A stretch of DNA of 64,000 bases. Source: Chiloscyllium plagiosum. Its lineage: Eukaryota. The stretch lies in contig NC_057754.1 of the NCBI RefSeq assembly GCF_004010195.1, positions 7,405,428 to 7,469,427 of the forward strand, given 5' to 3'. The position numbers were made by a program, and so were the translations under genes. Positions 11,134 through 22,155 of this stretch are shown piece after piece; within the stretch, counting starts at the first letter, position 1; each line of letters opens with the position of its first letter. Under the pieces are notes generated by a model, which was given only the letters and a program-made list of their open reading frames with translations, made no database searches and was not told the origin of the DNA.

Positions 11134-11936
11134 AAGCCAGAATGTTGAAGAAGGTGGCTGTTGAGAGAGTTGTTGCAAAAGTTCCATTGATTCTGGAAGG
11201 AATCTTGCAGATTGGAAGCTTGGAAATGTCACCCTAATATTTAAGAAAGCAGCGAGGAAATAAAAGACGGACTTACAGACTGTTTGTCCTTACACGAGGC
11301 ATAGGGAATAAACGATGTAATAAATGAACACTTGGATAAGAAGTTATCTGATTGGGCATGGTCAGCATAGATTTGAGAAGGGAAAGTTATGTTTGATAAA
11401 CTTGTTGAGTTTTTTTCAGGATGTTACTAATGTAATTGATAAAGGCGAATTGATGGATGTACTATATTTTGGATTTTTGAGAAGGCTTTTGATAAAGTCC
11501 CCTACAGGAGGTTGGTTAGAATATTTGATTTAGGAGATGATATAGTGACATAACCTCTTGGCTAACAGACAAAACAGAGTAGCAATAAAGACTCATTGGC
11601 AGGCCGGGACTGGTGGGATACTGTAAGGATCAGCACTCCTACCAGTTCATGGTTTATATCAATCATTTGGACATGGGGACCAAATGTGAAATTACCAGAA
11701 TTGCAGATGATACAAAACCAAGTGGGAGTGTGAGGAAAGTGTCAAATGTTTTCAGGAGGATTTGGAAAGACTTGCTGATTAGGCAAAACATGGCAGGTGG
11801 AATATAATGTGGAATCATGTGTGGTTATCCACTTTGGCAAGAAAAACAGATGTGCAGAGTATTTCTCAAATGGTGAGAGGTTGGAAAGTGTAGATCTACA
11901 AAGGCACCTAGTATCCTTGTTGATAAATCACTGAAG

Positions 11937-12056
11937 AAAGTGAGGACTGCAGATGCTGGAGATCAGAGCTGAAAATGTGTTGCTGGAAAAGCACAGCAGG
12001 TCAGGCAGCATCAAAGGAACAGGAGAGTCGCGTTTCGGGCATGAGCCCTTCTTCAG
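11937..12056 (-). mobile_element. 120-bp PLE terminal fragment (family A)
   Basis: Exact 15-bp TSD GATAAATCACTGAAG 11922-11936/12057-12071; minus strand starts CTGAAGAAGGGCTCATGCCCGAAAC. Confidence 0.85.
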
Positions 12057-12332
12057 GATAAATCACTGAAGGCTAACATGCAAGTGTGCTGAGCTATTAG
12101 AATGGCCAATGTTGGCCTTTATCACAAGAGGATTTGAGTACAAGAGCAATTGTATAACCAACGTGTTTCAATTGTATAGGAACTTAGTTAGACCATACCT
12201 GGAGTCCTGTGTTCAGTTTTGGTCTCCTTATCTCAGGAAAGTCATTATTCTCCGAGGAAGTACAACAAAGGTTCACCAGACTTGTTCCCAGGAGATGGGG
12301 TAAAGATTAACTTGTGGTAATTTACACACCAC

Positions 12333-12885
12333 ATTGTACAGGACATTGGTGAGGTCACTTCTGGAGTACTGCGTCCAGTTCTGGTCGCCCTGTTATTGGA
12401 AAGATATTATTAAATTGGAGAGAGTTCAGAAAAGAGTTACCAGGATGTTGCAAGGAGTGGAGGGTTTGAGTTATAAGGATAGGCTGGGACTGTTTCCACT
12501 GGAGTATTGGAGGTTGAGGGGTGACCTTTATAGAAGTTTATAAAATCATGAGAGGCATAGATAAGGTGAATAGGAATGGTCTTTTCCCCAGGGTGGGTGA
12601 GTTCAAAACTAGAGGGCATAGTTTATAGGTAAGAGGAGAAAGATTTAAAAGGGACCTGTGGGGCAATCTTTTCACACCAGGTGATTCGTATGTGGAATGA
12701 ATTGCTGGAGAAAGTGGTAGATTCAGGTACAGTTATGACATTTAAAAGGCATCTGATGGGTATGTACAAAGGAAGGGTTTAGAGGGATATAGGCCAAATG
12801 CAGACAAGTGGGACTAGTTAGTTTGGGGAAACTTGGGACGAGTTAGACCAAAGGGTCAGTTTCCGTACCGTATATGTATGGCTGT
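12333..12885 (+). mobile_element. Younger CR1 3' fragment
   Basis: LYRTLVRSLLEYCVQFWSPCYWKDIIKLERVQKRVTRML. Confidence 0.88.
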
Positions 12886-13319
12886 ACAAACCAGGCCTGT
12901 ATTCTCTAGAGACTTGAAGAATAAGAGGTGATCCCATTGAAACTTACAAAATGTTTAAAGGGATAGAAGGGGAGATGCAGGTCAGATGTTTCTCTTGGTC
13001 TGGAGTCTAGAACCGGGGGGGGCACAATTTAAAACTAAGGACGACGCCATCTCAGACCGCGATGAGGAGAAACATTGAGAGGACGGTGAACCTGTGGAAA
13101 TCTCTCTCACAGAGGAGGCTTGGCCTTTGAGTAGGCTCAAAGCAGAGGTTGATAAATTATTGATTATCAGCAGCGTTATGGCACAGCGTGGGGAAAGGCT
13201 CTTGGGCAATAACGGCCTACTCGTTTCCTGTGAAACACTCTGTTATTGCAACCATGTTCCGGTTGTGTGCTAGCTACGTGCTGACATTGCACTAAACCAG
13301 TGTTTGTTCTGAATTTCAG

Positions 13320-13566
13320 ACGCCCCTGCATTTGGCCATGTACACGCGCCAGACGAAGATAGTGCGGCAACTGGTTTTGAAGGGAGTGGACACAGAGCTA
13401 CAGGATCGTAACGGAAACACCGCACTGCACCTGGCCTGCCAGTACAGCCTGGAGGAGTGTGTGCCGGTCCTTACAAAGCCTGTCACAGCCAAAGAGCATG
13501 CCTTGTTTGGATTTGAAACCCCCAGCCCCCCGGGACCTCGGAACCTTGAGAGACATAATTGGCAAG
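13320..13566 (+). CDS. NFKBIE: IkB-epsilon-like gene, exon 3 equivalent (ankyrin repeats 2-3 and linker)
   Basis: tttcag|ACG CCC CTG...TGG CAA G|gtgcgg; TPLHLAMYTRQTKIVRQLVLKGVDTELQDRNGNTALHLACQ...NLERHNWQ; 247 nt. Confidence 0.93.
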
Positions 13567-13659
13567 GTGCGGGCCTTTGAGAAAGCAGTCACTTTGCCAC
13601 AAAATCCAACCAGTCACGTTCCACACTCGGTGCGGGCAGATTAGAGAGAGAGAATGTGG

Positions 13660-13960
13660 TGGCTTCATTGATAGTATGCTCAACTCACAAGTCACAAGTT
13701 TCTGGGTTCAAATCGTGAAGGAAAAAACAATAGGCAAAGCTGCCCACAGGAATGCTGCACTGTCAGAGGTACTGTCTCTTGGATGAGACATTAAACCAGT
13801 GATCGCTTCTGTCTGGCAGGGGCGCAATTTGATCTTGAGTGAGAGCACAGCCATTGTCCGTCCATTGATCCTCAGCTTGAGAAATTGTTTAAAAATGGAA
13901 TGTAGGTTACCTGGCTGTCGTTCTTTGTGGGATCTTGCACATGTTGGGATATGTTGCTGA
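13660..13960 (+). mobile_element. Degraded SacSINE1/DeuSINE-type SINE
   Basis: TGCTGCACTGTCAGAGGT...GGATGAGACATTAAACC matches recalled Deu-domain core. Confidence 0.6.
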
Positions 13961-14102
13961 GATAGAGCTGGTACATGCTGGTGGAGAGGTCTTCTCTTAA
14001 TTTATCCTGTGGAAAAAGAGTGAACTCGGGTGACATTGGGAGGGGGGATACTTGAAGCGAACTGTGTCCCACCTTCTTACTAAATGATCTCTCTTCCTGC
14101 AG

Positions 14103-14191
14103 GTTTGACCTGTTTGCACCTGGCAGTCCTTTATAGGAATGATGTGATGGTGGACTACATGCTGTCTTCAGGAGCGAGAGTCAATACACAG
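14103..14191 (+). CDS. NFKBIE: IkB-epsilon-like gene, exon 4 equivalent (ankyrin repeat 4)
   Basis: cctgcag|GT TTG ACC...ACA CAG|gtcaaa; (G)LTCLHLAVLYRNDVMVDYMLSSGARVNTQ; 89 nt, phase-compatible. Confidence 0.92.
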
Positions 14192-14244
14192 GTCAAACAC
14201 TGCCCTATGACTCCAGTTACCAACCTTCGGCATACCAAACCACG

Positions 14245-14395
14245 GGCACATATGCATACAGACGCGTATACACACAGAGATACATACACATATGTGCATA
14301 TATATGCAGCGACGCACATACACGTGTGTGCGCACACATATACAGACATGTGCATACTTGCACATGTATACAGTGGCATACATGCGCATATCCAC
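14245..14395. repeat. Alternating purine-pyrimidine tract
   Basis: Mixed CA/TA/CG/TG dinucleotides. Confidence 0.8.
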
Positions 14396-15037
14396 AGAAA
14401 TTTTGTAGTTAGCAAGTTTTACCGGCTATACTTCTTGGTTCAGCTCCCTGACCAAAGTCAGGGGGAGACCGTCCTCTCAATCCCCATTACACAGGCTGTA
14501 CTGCTGCAGCTGCGTTGCCTGCAATCAGGGCAGGTTCTTAACACAGCCCCAGTACCCACGTCGCTCACTCGTACTGAGTAGTAGCGGACAGTCCTAAAAT
14601 ACCGAACTTAGGCCAATGCCTTTCGGTTAATTGAAGTCTCACCTCATGCAGCACTCTCCTTGGAAGTGGCTGGAGATTTCACTCTGTCCATCTGTCATTC
14701 CGTCCCCACGCCAGAGTTAACGGCAACTCACTAGGAGTAGGACTTGACGTGACTCCGGGATGGAGAGGGCTAACTGTGAAGAGGTCCAGTCAGTCACGTT
14801 GTTCAGTTTAAGAGGAATCAATGGTAATCCTTTATTAGCGAGCACATATAAACTGGCATCGCCGGTGACACTGGCTGTGGTTGAGAGCTGTGAGACTGAG
14901 CACAAACTCTCTGCCTAGCTCCGTTCCAGTCTCACCAGCTGACTGGCAACCGTGGTTGAGTTGAGTGGAGTGGGGAATGTCATCCTGTCTCCAATCTTAA
15001 TTCTTTGACACTCTCTCTCTCTCTCTTCGGTTGGCAG

Positions 15038-15286
15038 GAATCAACGAGTGGACGGACTGCCTTGCATCTGGCGGTGGAGCTAGGGGAGTTGGGGCTGGTG
15101 ACGCGGCTGCTGCGAGCTGGAGGTGAAGTGGACGCTCCAATGTACAATGGCTGCACTCCCCTCCACCTGGCGGTGGGGCGGCTAGACGCTGGCATCGCTG
15201 TTGCCCTCTGCCAGGCTGGTGCCAACCCGCTGCTGCCCAACCTGGAGGAGGACACCCCGCTGGACCTCGCCAGCAACAACGGCAAC
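15038..15286 (+). CDS. NFKBIE: IkB-epsilon-like gene, exon 5 equivalent (ankyrin repeats 5-6)
   Basis: ggcag|GAA TCA...GGC AAC|gtacgt; ESTSGRTALHLAVEL...MYNGCTPLHLAVGRLDAGIAVALCQAGA...EDTPLDLA; 249 nt. Confidence 0.93.
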
Positions 15287-15330
15287 GTACGTGACTTCTT
15301 CCCGGTGTGCGGTGGGGAAATGAAGGGATT

Positions 15331-15987
15331 TGTTATGGACCAGCTCAGACCCCTCCCCTAAAAACATTTCAAGAAGACCCTAACTTTTCTAGTTGTTTTA
15401 AGCAGGTGTATAGTGGATATTCCAGGAATGATGCAGCTGGGCAAAACCTCTTGGTTTTAAACAAAGCAGAATTTACTTAGAGTACCAAATGAAAGAGAAC
15501 AGAATAACTTAACCATCTGAAAACCCAACAGACTGTCCCACCTTTTATGCTGCTGTTCCGAATTCCTGCAACAATCCCTATAAACCCCCCCACTTTGGAA
15601 AAAAGGTAAATTTTAACACTGGTTCTTCCCGGAGGGATTGTGCAGAGAGAGAGAGGATCAGCGTGGAGCTGTTTCTTTGGGTTCAGCAGCTTCTCTGGGT
15701 TCCCAGCTAAAATTTGACGAGCTGCTGCAAACAAAACCAGCCAGACTGCTCAAACCAAAACTGAGCTGAGAGATCTGGCCGTGCCCCTTTCAATGTGCAA
15801 GTATTTTTTTTAAAAAACCTTTTGAAAGCCTTTTGTCTGAGGCAGTATCGGTTATCTATAATCAAAATTGGCCCTAAAACCCCCACACACAAACCAGACA
15901 CCCCGGAACCACTGCATTTACAACCCCTCTGGGGGTGAGAAAACAACCAAGGACAGAATAACCTTGTCAAAAGAGCAGCAATGTACA
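15331..15987. mobile_element. Probable solo LTR
   Basis: Begins TGT (15331), ends ACA (15987), flanked by 4-bp GATT duplication (15327-15330/15988-15991). Confidence 0.55.
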
Positions 15988-16129
15988 GATTGGTGGTGCC
16001 ATGAAGTTTGCCCGCACAAAGAAATGTGCAGCGAGTAATTAGGAAGGCATGGGAACTGGGAGTATGGGTTTAAAGAATTTGGTGAGACCACGACTGTAAT
16101 ACCAGTATGAAATCCTTCCACATCAAAGG

Positions 16130-16620
16130 AGGGCTATATTTGCATCGGAGCCAATAGTTCATGAGATCGGTCCCTAGTGCGAGGCGACCCTTTAGTAACA
16201 GCGGGGTTCTGCCTGCTTAAATTGGGTCCAGAGCTTAGAAGAATGGAAAGTGATTGTGTAGAGATGTGCAAGATTGTGAAGGGGTTTGACAGGGTCGACA
16301 CTGGGAGATTGACTCCCTGTCCTGGTCAGGGAACCTAAGAAATGGTTGGGGGGGGGGGGGGGGGCACAGTCTTGGAATTAGGCCCTATTGTATAGGAGCC
16401 GGAGGAGGAGAACAGGCTTCCCTCGAGGGATTGGGAATCTTTGGAGTTTTCTTCCCCCACGAGTGTTGTAGTATCTCCACCGTTAGCACCAGGGAGATGG
16501 TTTTATTTTGGTCTCTTGGGGAATCAAGGGACATGAGATTGATGCAGAAGATTGCATCGAAATGGTGTAGCAGCATCAATGGGCCAAATGGCCTATTCTT
16601 GCTCTTTATTTATTCCATTC
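16130..16620 (+). mobile_element. Old CR1 3' relic
   Basis: AAGATTGTGAAGGGGTTTGACAGGGTCGA...GGGCCAAATGGCCTATTCTTG. Confidence 0.6.
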
Positions 16621-16777
16621 TCAACAATTTGTAAAATAATGCCATGTTCTGTCCAGTATCAGAAAGAGCGAATATGAGTGTCTGGAACACTACCGGGTAA
16701 TCGAATTGGGGTTTTTGAAACAATTCTTCAAATCAGGTTGATTTGAGAGAAACTCTTTCTTCTGGTGAGGAAATCAC

Positions 16778-17112
16778 AGGGTGACATAGTGGCTCTGGTT
16801 AGCACTTCAGCTTCACAGTGCTGGGGGCCCAGAGTTCGATTCCACCCTCAGGTGACTGTCTGTCTGTGTGGAGTTTGCATGTTCTCCCCGTATCTGCATG
16901 GGTTTCCTCCCACAGTCCAAAGATGTGCAGGTTAGGAGGATTGGCCGTGCTAAAATCGTTGATTGTGTCCAGAGATGTGTAGGCTCGGTGGATTAGCTGT
17001 GGGAAATATGAGGATACGGTTGGGGGTGGATCGCTGCAGAAATGTTCATCAGAGAGTCAGTGTGGAGTTGAAGGGCCAAATGGCCCTGCTGCATTGTGAG
17101 GGTTCAATGATC
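16778..17112 (+). mobile_element. HE1-type SINE
   Basis: GTGTGGAGTTTGCATGTTCTCCCCG core, GGGCCAAATGGCC tail. Confidence 0.8.
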
Positions 17113-17269
17113 TGGAGCTCTTTCACAGCGCCCCACCCCCCCCCACCCCCAAAAAAAGAGAGAGGCTTTGCACAATGAGGGAGATGAGGGTGGGTATTAG
17201 TAAATATGTACCTTCAAGATTATATTTTGGTGAAAGGTACCAAAAGGGTTACAGTGTGATATTTGTCAC

Positions 17270-17397
17270 ATGAATAGGAAGGGTTTAGAGGGATATGGGC
17301 CAAGTGCTGGCAAATGGGACTAGATTAGGTTAGGATATCTGGTCGGAAAGGACGAGTTGGACCAAAGGCTGTCTTTCCGGTGATGTACATCTCTATG
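17270..17397 (+). mobile_element. CR1 3' tail
   Basis: ATGAATAGGAAGGGTTTAGAGGGATATGGGCC...GTACATCTCTATG. Confidence 0.8.
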
Positions 17398-17509
17398 CCC
17401 AAGCCACAAAGAATGAAACAGGCTAGGGGTAGGGGTGGGGGGCGCGGGGACAGAAAAGCCTCTACCTGCTTTGTCAGATAACTAACACGTTGTCCCTCTT
17501 TTTCTTCAG

Positions 17510-17566
17510 GTGCTTGACCTGTGCCCATTCGACGATGTGAGACTCCTGGGGCAGCCAGTGGTGTGA
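17510..17566 (+). CDS. NFKBIE: IkB-epsilon-like gene, terminal coding exon
   Basis: Branch point ACTAAC 17481, pyrimidine tract, ttcag|GTG; VLDLCPFDDVRLLGQPVV-TGA; PFDD C-terminus as in IkB-epsilon, no acidic PEST. Confidence 0.9.
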   Translation: MLDLCPFDDVRLLGQPVV

Positions 17567-18254
17567 CAGAACAGGACTTTGTACGTGATGTGACCGAACA
17601 GCGAACGCTGAAGGGTGGGGGTGGTGATAAGGACCTTGTCTCCCAGTGGGTGGGAGGCCCTCATAGCGTGGGACCCTCTTCCCCTGCATTTTCGCCCCTA
17701 CCCCATCCCTGCCCCCTCCAAAACCTGCTGTGGTGGGGGGTGGTGAGTGTCCAGTCTCACCCGACTCCTTGCATTCTGACTCTGTTACCTCAGAAACCGA
17801 AAGGTGCAGTTTCGTCCCTGGCCAGGCATGTAGCAGGAGGGAGTGACCCCATGGATATAAAGGAATTCACATTACCTTGGGGACAATACATCTGGAGAAG
17901 ACCTCCAGAATTGCGATTACCTGGTCAGCACCCTTCACATACTTTAGTCTTCCCCTCCCATCACCATCCCCCCCACCCCCACAAGACCCAAGACCCAAGA
18001 CCAAACAAATGCCTTCAAAATCCCAATCAGTCCTCTGGTTCAGACCGTTCCAGAGGCGTGAGTCTGCAAACTAGCCTGACAGTGCCACTGGTAACAAGGT
18101 GGGCGCATTGCTGGCAGAGGTGCGGTGATTTGGTTAAGCTGAGTGTCCGCTTGAACCCTTTGGTGGAGATTAATGGTGCCTCTACACAATTTGAAGGGCT
18201 GAATGACCCCTTTTTCCCCCCCCCATGTTGGTGTGACTCTTGGTGGGGAGGTTG

Positions 18255-18485
18255 GTGTGGAGAAAGACCAGGAGGAGATCTCGCCAGTGTCTCTGGAGCC
18301 AAAACTTCACTGAAAAATAATTTATTTGATATTTATGACAAGTGTTGTTCCTGTGAGTTTCCTGCGTGTGAATTGGCTGCTGTGCTTTCTGCATTTCAAC
18401 AGTCACCACGCTTCAAAACTGTAAAGCACTTTGTGATGCCCTCAGGTGGTGACAGTTGTTAAGTAAATGAGGTCTCTTTCTTCCA
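18255..18485 (+). mobile_element. DeuSINE 3' half inside predicted 3' UTR
   Basis: GAATTGGCTGCTGTGCTTTCTGCATTTCAACAGTCACCACGCTTCAAAA...GTAAAGCACTTTG parallels copies at 30110-30385 and 53610-53870. Confidence 0.55.
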
Positions 18486-18541
18486 GCTCTCCATTTGCAC
18501 CCAAATTGCTGAGTGCTTTAGGAGCACTTTTATTTTTACAT

Positions 18542-18547
18542 AATAAA
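18542..18547 (+). terminator. Probable polyadenylation signal of the IkB gene
   Basis: AATAAA ~1 kb after the stop, preceded by a U-rich tract. Confidence 0.65.
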
Positions 18548-19019
18548 GACATTGAAAAAACTTGCGTTGTCTGCATGGTTCACCCAAACACTTCAGGGAG
18601 TTTGCCTTTTCTCTGCTTCGGACTGAGTTTTCAAATCAGAGAAGCAAATCTTTATCGCGCAGGGGCAGAGAGGCCTCTGTTCGAGTCCATAAATCTTTAA
18701 AGGTGACAGGGAAAAGCTATGTTTAAGAAAGCATGTGGGTTCCTCACTTGTGATGGACAGACCGGGGACAGCAAACAGTGAATTAGCCTGCAAAATGCCG
18801 GACAGAATTCACTCTGTGCGGTGACCAATGAGACACCAGTAATCTCAGTGAATAGAAATAGTAAGATATTACTCCTCCTATTACAGAACATATCTCAACT
18901 GTCCTTGCTGCTGATTGGTTCACTAGATAGGCTGCAAAAGCAACCAGGAAGGGATGATGGGTTAAGGAGCTGCAATAGCAGAAAAGGAGGCTGCAGAGGT
19001 CCTAACCTGTCAACAAAGC

Positions 19020-19640
19020 AAAACTCAGTGGTTAGCATTGCTGCCTCACAACGCCAGGGACCCGGATTTGATTTATCCCTCGTGCGACTATATGAGCGTG
19101 GATGCAGGTGGGACTAGATTGGGTTGGGATATCTGTTCAGGATGGACAGATTGGACCGAAGGGTCTGTTTCCATGCTGTATATCTAGAGTCATAGAGATA
19201 TATAGTGTGGAAACAGACCCTTTGGTCCAACTTGTCCATACCGACCAGATAACCTAAACTAATCTAGTCCCACCTACCAGCACCTGGCCCATATCCCTCT
19301 AAACCCTTCATATTCATATACCTGTCCAGGTGCCTTTTAAATGTTGTAATTGTACCAGTTTTCATCACCTCCTCCAGCAGCTCATTCCATACAAGCGCCA
19401 ACCTCTGCGTGCAACGGTTGCCTCTTATATATCTTTCCCCTCTCACCCTAAACCTATGCCCTCCAGATGTGTGGGTTAGGTGCGTGGACTGTGTTTAGTT
19501 GCCCCATCGTGTCCAGGCATGTGTGGGCTAGGTGGATTACCCGTGGGGGGATTTCAGGGCTACAGGGATAGGGTGGGATGCTGTTCGGAGGGTCAGTGTG
19601 ACTGAGTAGGCCAAGTGGCTTCCACAATAGGGATTCTATT
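19020..19640. mobile_element. HE1 SINE (+; 19020-19080 and 19467-19640) interrupted by two tail-to-tail CR1 3' ends (+ 19100-19186, - 19185-19465)
   Basis: HE1 head and tail separated by inverted CR1 tails. Confidence 0.7.
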
Positions 19641-20249
19641 ATTCTAATTGGGAACCAGGAATACTTGAAAGCGTCCTGCCAACGATATCCATGCAAATGA
19701 AATGTGGAATCTGGAGCTTAAGCCTGCATATGTCAGGAGTCATCATATAGAGAAAAATCTAGAGGATGCTGTTGTAATGGACACTGTGTGAATTATTAAA
19801 TTTAAGTCTGATGTTAAGATCCCGAAATGCAGTAAATAATGTTGCAAATACCTGGTTAAAGCGTTCCAGCTAAGTGCATATGCAATGGAAGTACATTAGC
19901 TGTATTCTCAACAGCTTGGGAAGACATGTTCAGACTTTGTGTCAGTGTTATTTTGAAAGAATAACTTTTGTTAGCCAATGCCTGTTATAACAACTTCCAA
20001 TCCTGTGCTGTCCAGGAAATGAATGCATTCTTTTGTGTTGTGGTTTCAAGTTAAATGGAGAATTAATCATTATTGAGGATATTGTTAAGTTTTCTAATTC
20101 TGTTTCTATGTGAGTCCAAATAGCCGCGTATCAACAAAAACAGGATTGTCACTATGTGACTGCACCACCCCATAGGTGAATCAGTGAGAATGAGAAAGGA
20201 GCTCCTGAAAACCAAAACATAGTTCTTGAAAATCAGACAGAGCTCTGAA

Positions 20250-20930
20250 GAGCAGTCAAAAATAAATTTTTTACCTGATTGATACAGGAACATGTACAAA
20301 AATGAGGAGCTTGTGCTAATGTTTTATAAATCATGGTGAACGCGTGCCCAACTCTGGGCGGAAAACTTTCGGAAGAATGTTAAGGACTTGAGGATGCAAA
20401 TGAGATTTATTTGAATGGGACCAGGTACAAGGTCCATTTATTCATTTCCATTTATTCACGCACGCGGGCATTGGTGACTAGGCCAGCGTTTATTGCCCAT
20501 CCTTAATTGCCCTTGAGAAGGTGGAAGACAGCTGCCTTCTTGAACGGCTGATGCCGGTGCACCCTCAGTGATCTTTGGGAAGGAGTTCCAGGGTATTATT
20601 CCAAGTCAGGACTTCGAAGAATGTGGAAGAGCTGGAGTTGTTTGCCTTAGAACACAGAAGGCTCTGGAGAGTTTAAATAGTTCAAAATCACAAAGGGTGT
20701 TGACTGAGTAAATAAGGAGAAACCATTTCCACTCACTGGACACTCGGGAAACTGATTAAGGATCATTGGCAAAATATCCAGATGAAGTGGAGATTTATAT
20801 TTTATATACACTGTGATTCGTTGTGATCAGGGAAATCTATAAAAGTAGTGGATACATATTCATAGTAATTTACAAAATGTAAAATAAAACATGCAATAGA
20901 AAAAAAAGTACAGAGAATTGGATCAATTGT
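20250..20930 (+). mobile_element. Old CR1 relic with a LINE-B tail insertion (~20440-20610, minus)
   Basis: Degenerate CR1 RT end; GGCCAGCGTTTATTGCCCATCCTTAATTGCCCTTGAGAAGG. Confidence 0.55.
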
Positions 20931-21393
20931 AGTTTTAAAATTCTTACATGCGATGTGGTTGTCTCTGGCTAGACCCAACATTTATTGCAATTTCTTAATT
21001 GCCACTTGGGAAAGTGGTGATGACCTCTCTCCTTGGACCGCTGCAATCTGCATGGTATAGATATACCCACAATGTCATTTAGGAGGAATTCCAGGATTTG
21101 ACCCAGTGACAGTGAAAGAACAGCTAATATAATTCCAAGTCAGGATGGTGATTGTCTCGGAGGGTAACTTGCAGTTTGTGGTGTTCACATATACCCGCTG
21201 CCCTTGAGCTTCTGAGTGGTAGAGTTAATGGGTTTGGAAAGTACTGTTGAAGGAGCGTGGGTGAGTTGCAGCAGTGCATCTTGTAGATGGTACACATTGC
21301 TGCTACTAAGCACCAGTGGGGGAGGCAGTGGATGTTTGTGGATGTGGCACTAATCAAGTGGGCTGCTTTGTCCTTGTCAAACTTGTGTATTGT

Positions 21394-21621
21394 CAATTTG
21401 GAGACGCCGGTGTTGGATTGGGGTGTACAAAGTTAAAAATCACACAACACCAGGTTATAGTCCAATAGGTTTATTTGGAAGCGTGAGCTTTTGGAGCGCT
21501 GCTCCTTCATCAGGTGATTGTGGAAATAATCTTATTCTCCACAACCACCTGATGAAGCAGCGCTCCAAAAGCTTCCAAATTTGCCTGTTGGACTATAATC
21601 TGGTGCTATGTGACTTTTATC
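21394..21621. mobile_element. Fold-back PLE terminal element (family B)
   Basis: Inverted arms ~21427-21523/21538-21627, each with CACCTGATGA...AAAGCT; 12-bp TSD CTTGTGTATTGT 21382-21393/21622-21633. Confidence 0.8.
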
Positions 21622-21654
21622 CTTGTGTATTGTTGGAACTACACTCATCCAGAG

Positions 21655-22155
21655 AATTTAGGAAGGATGTTGTTAAGCTTGAAAGGGTTCAGAAAAGATT
21701 TACAAGGATGTTGCCAGGGTTGGAGGTATAGGGAGAGGCTGAATATGCTCGGGCTGTTTTGCCTGGAGCATCAGAAGCTGAGAGGTGACCTTATAGAGGT
21801 TTATAAAAACATGAGGGGTATGGATTGGGAAGATATACAAAGTCTTTTCCCTGGGTTGAGGGACTCCAGACCTACATGGCATAGGTTTAGGGTGAGAGGG
21901 GAAACATTTAAGAGGGACCTAAGGGGCAATTGTTTTCACACAGAGGGTGGTACGGGTATGGAATGAGCTCCCAGAGGAAGTGGTGGAGACTGGTACAATT
22001 ACAACATTTAAAAGGCATTTGGATGGGTACATGAAGAGGAAGGGTTTAGAGGAATATGGGCCAAGTGCTGACAAATAGGACTAGATTAATTTAGGATATC
22101 TAGTCAGCACGGACGAGTCTGTTTCTGTGCTGTGCATCTCTATGACTCCGTGACT
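21655..22155 (+). mobile_element. CR1 3' fragment
   Basis: RKDVVKLERVQKRFTRMLPGLE. Confidence 0.88.

Larger units (their letters stand above)
8250..13170 (+). mobile_element. Old, long, fragmented CR1 ORF2 (endonuclease to RT to 3' end) filling intron 2, with nested insertions
   Basis: Ordered relics: QIEVNEYD..TITET, GDFNLHI, GQHRFEKGKLCLINLL, IADDTK, LYRNLVRPYLESCVQFWSP. Confidence 0.75.

Noticed and set aside
6697..17566. Assignment as NFKBIA or NFKBIB
   Set aside because: No acidic PEST tail; AR6 and the PFDD terminus are epsilon-type
17521..18462. 313-aa ORF overlapping the last exon and 3' UTR
   Set aside because: GTG start, out of frame with IkB, no recognisable domain, runs through a SINE relic
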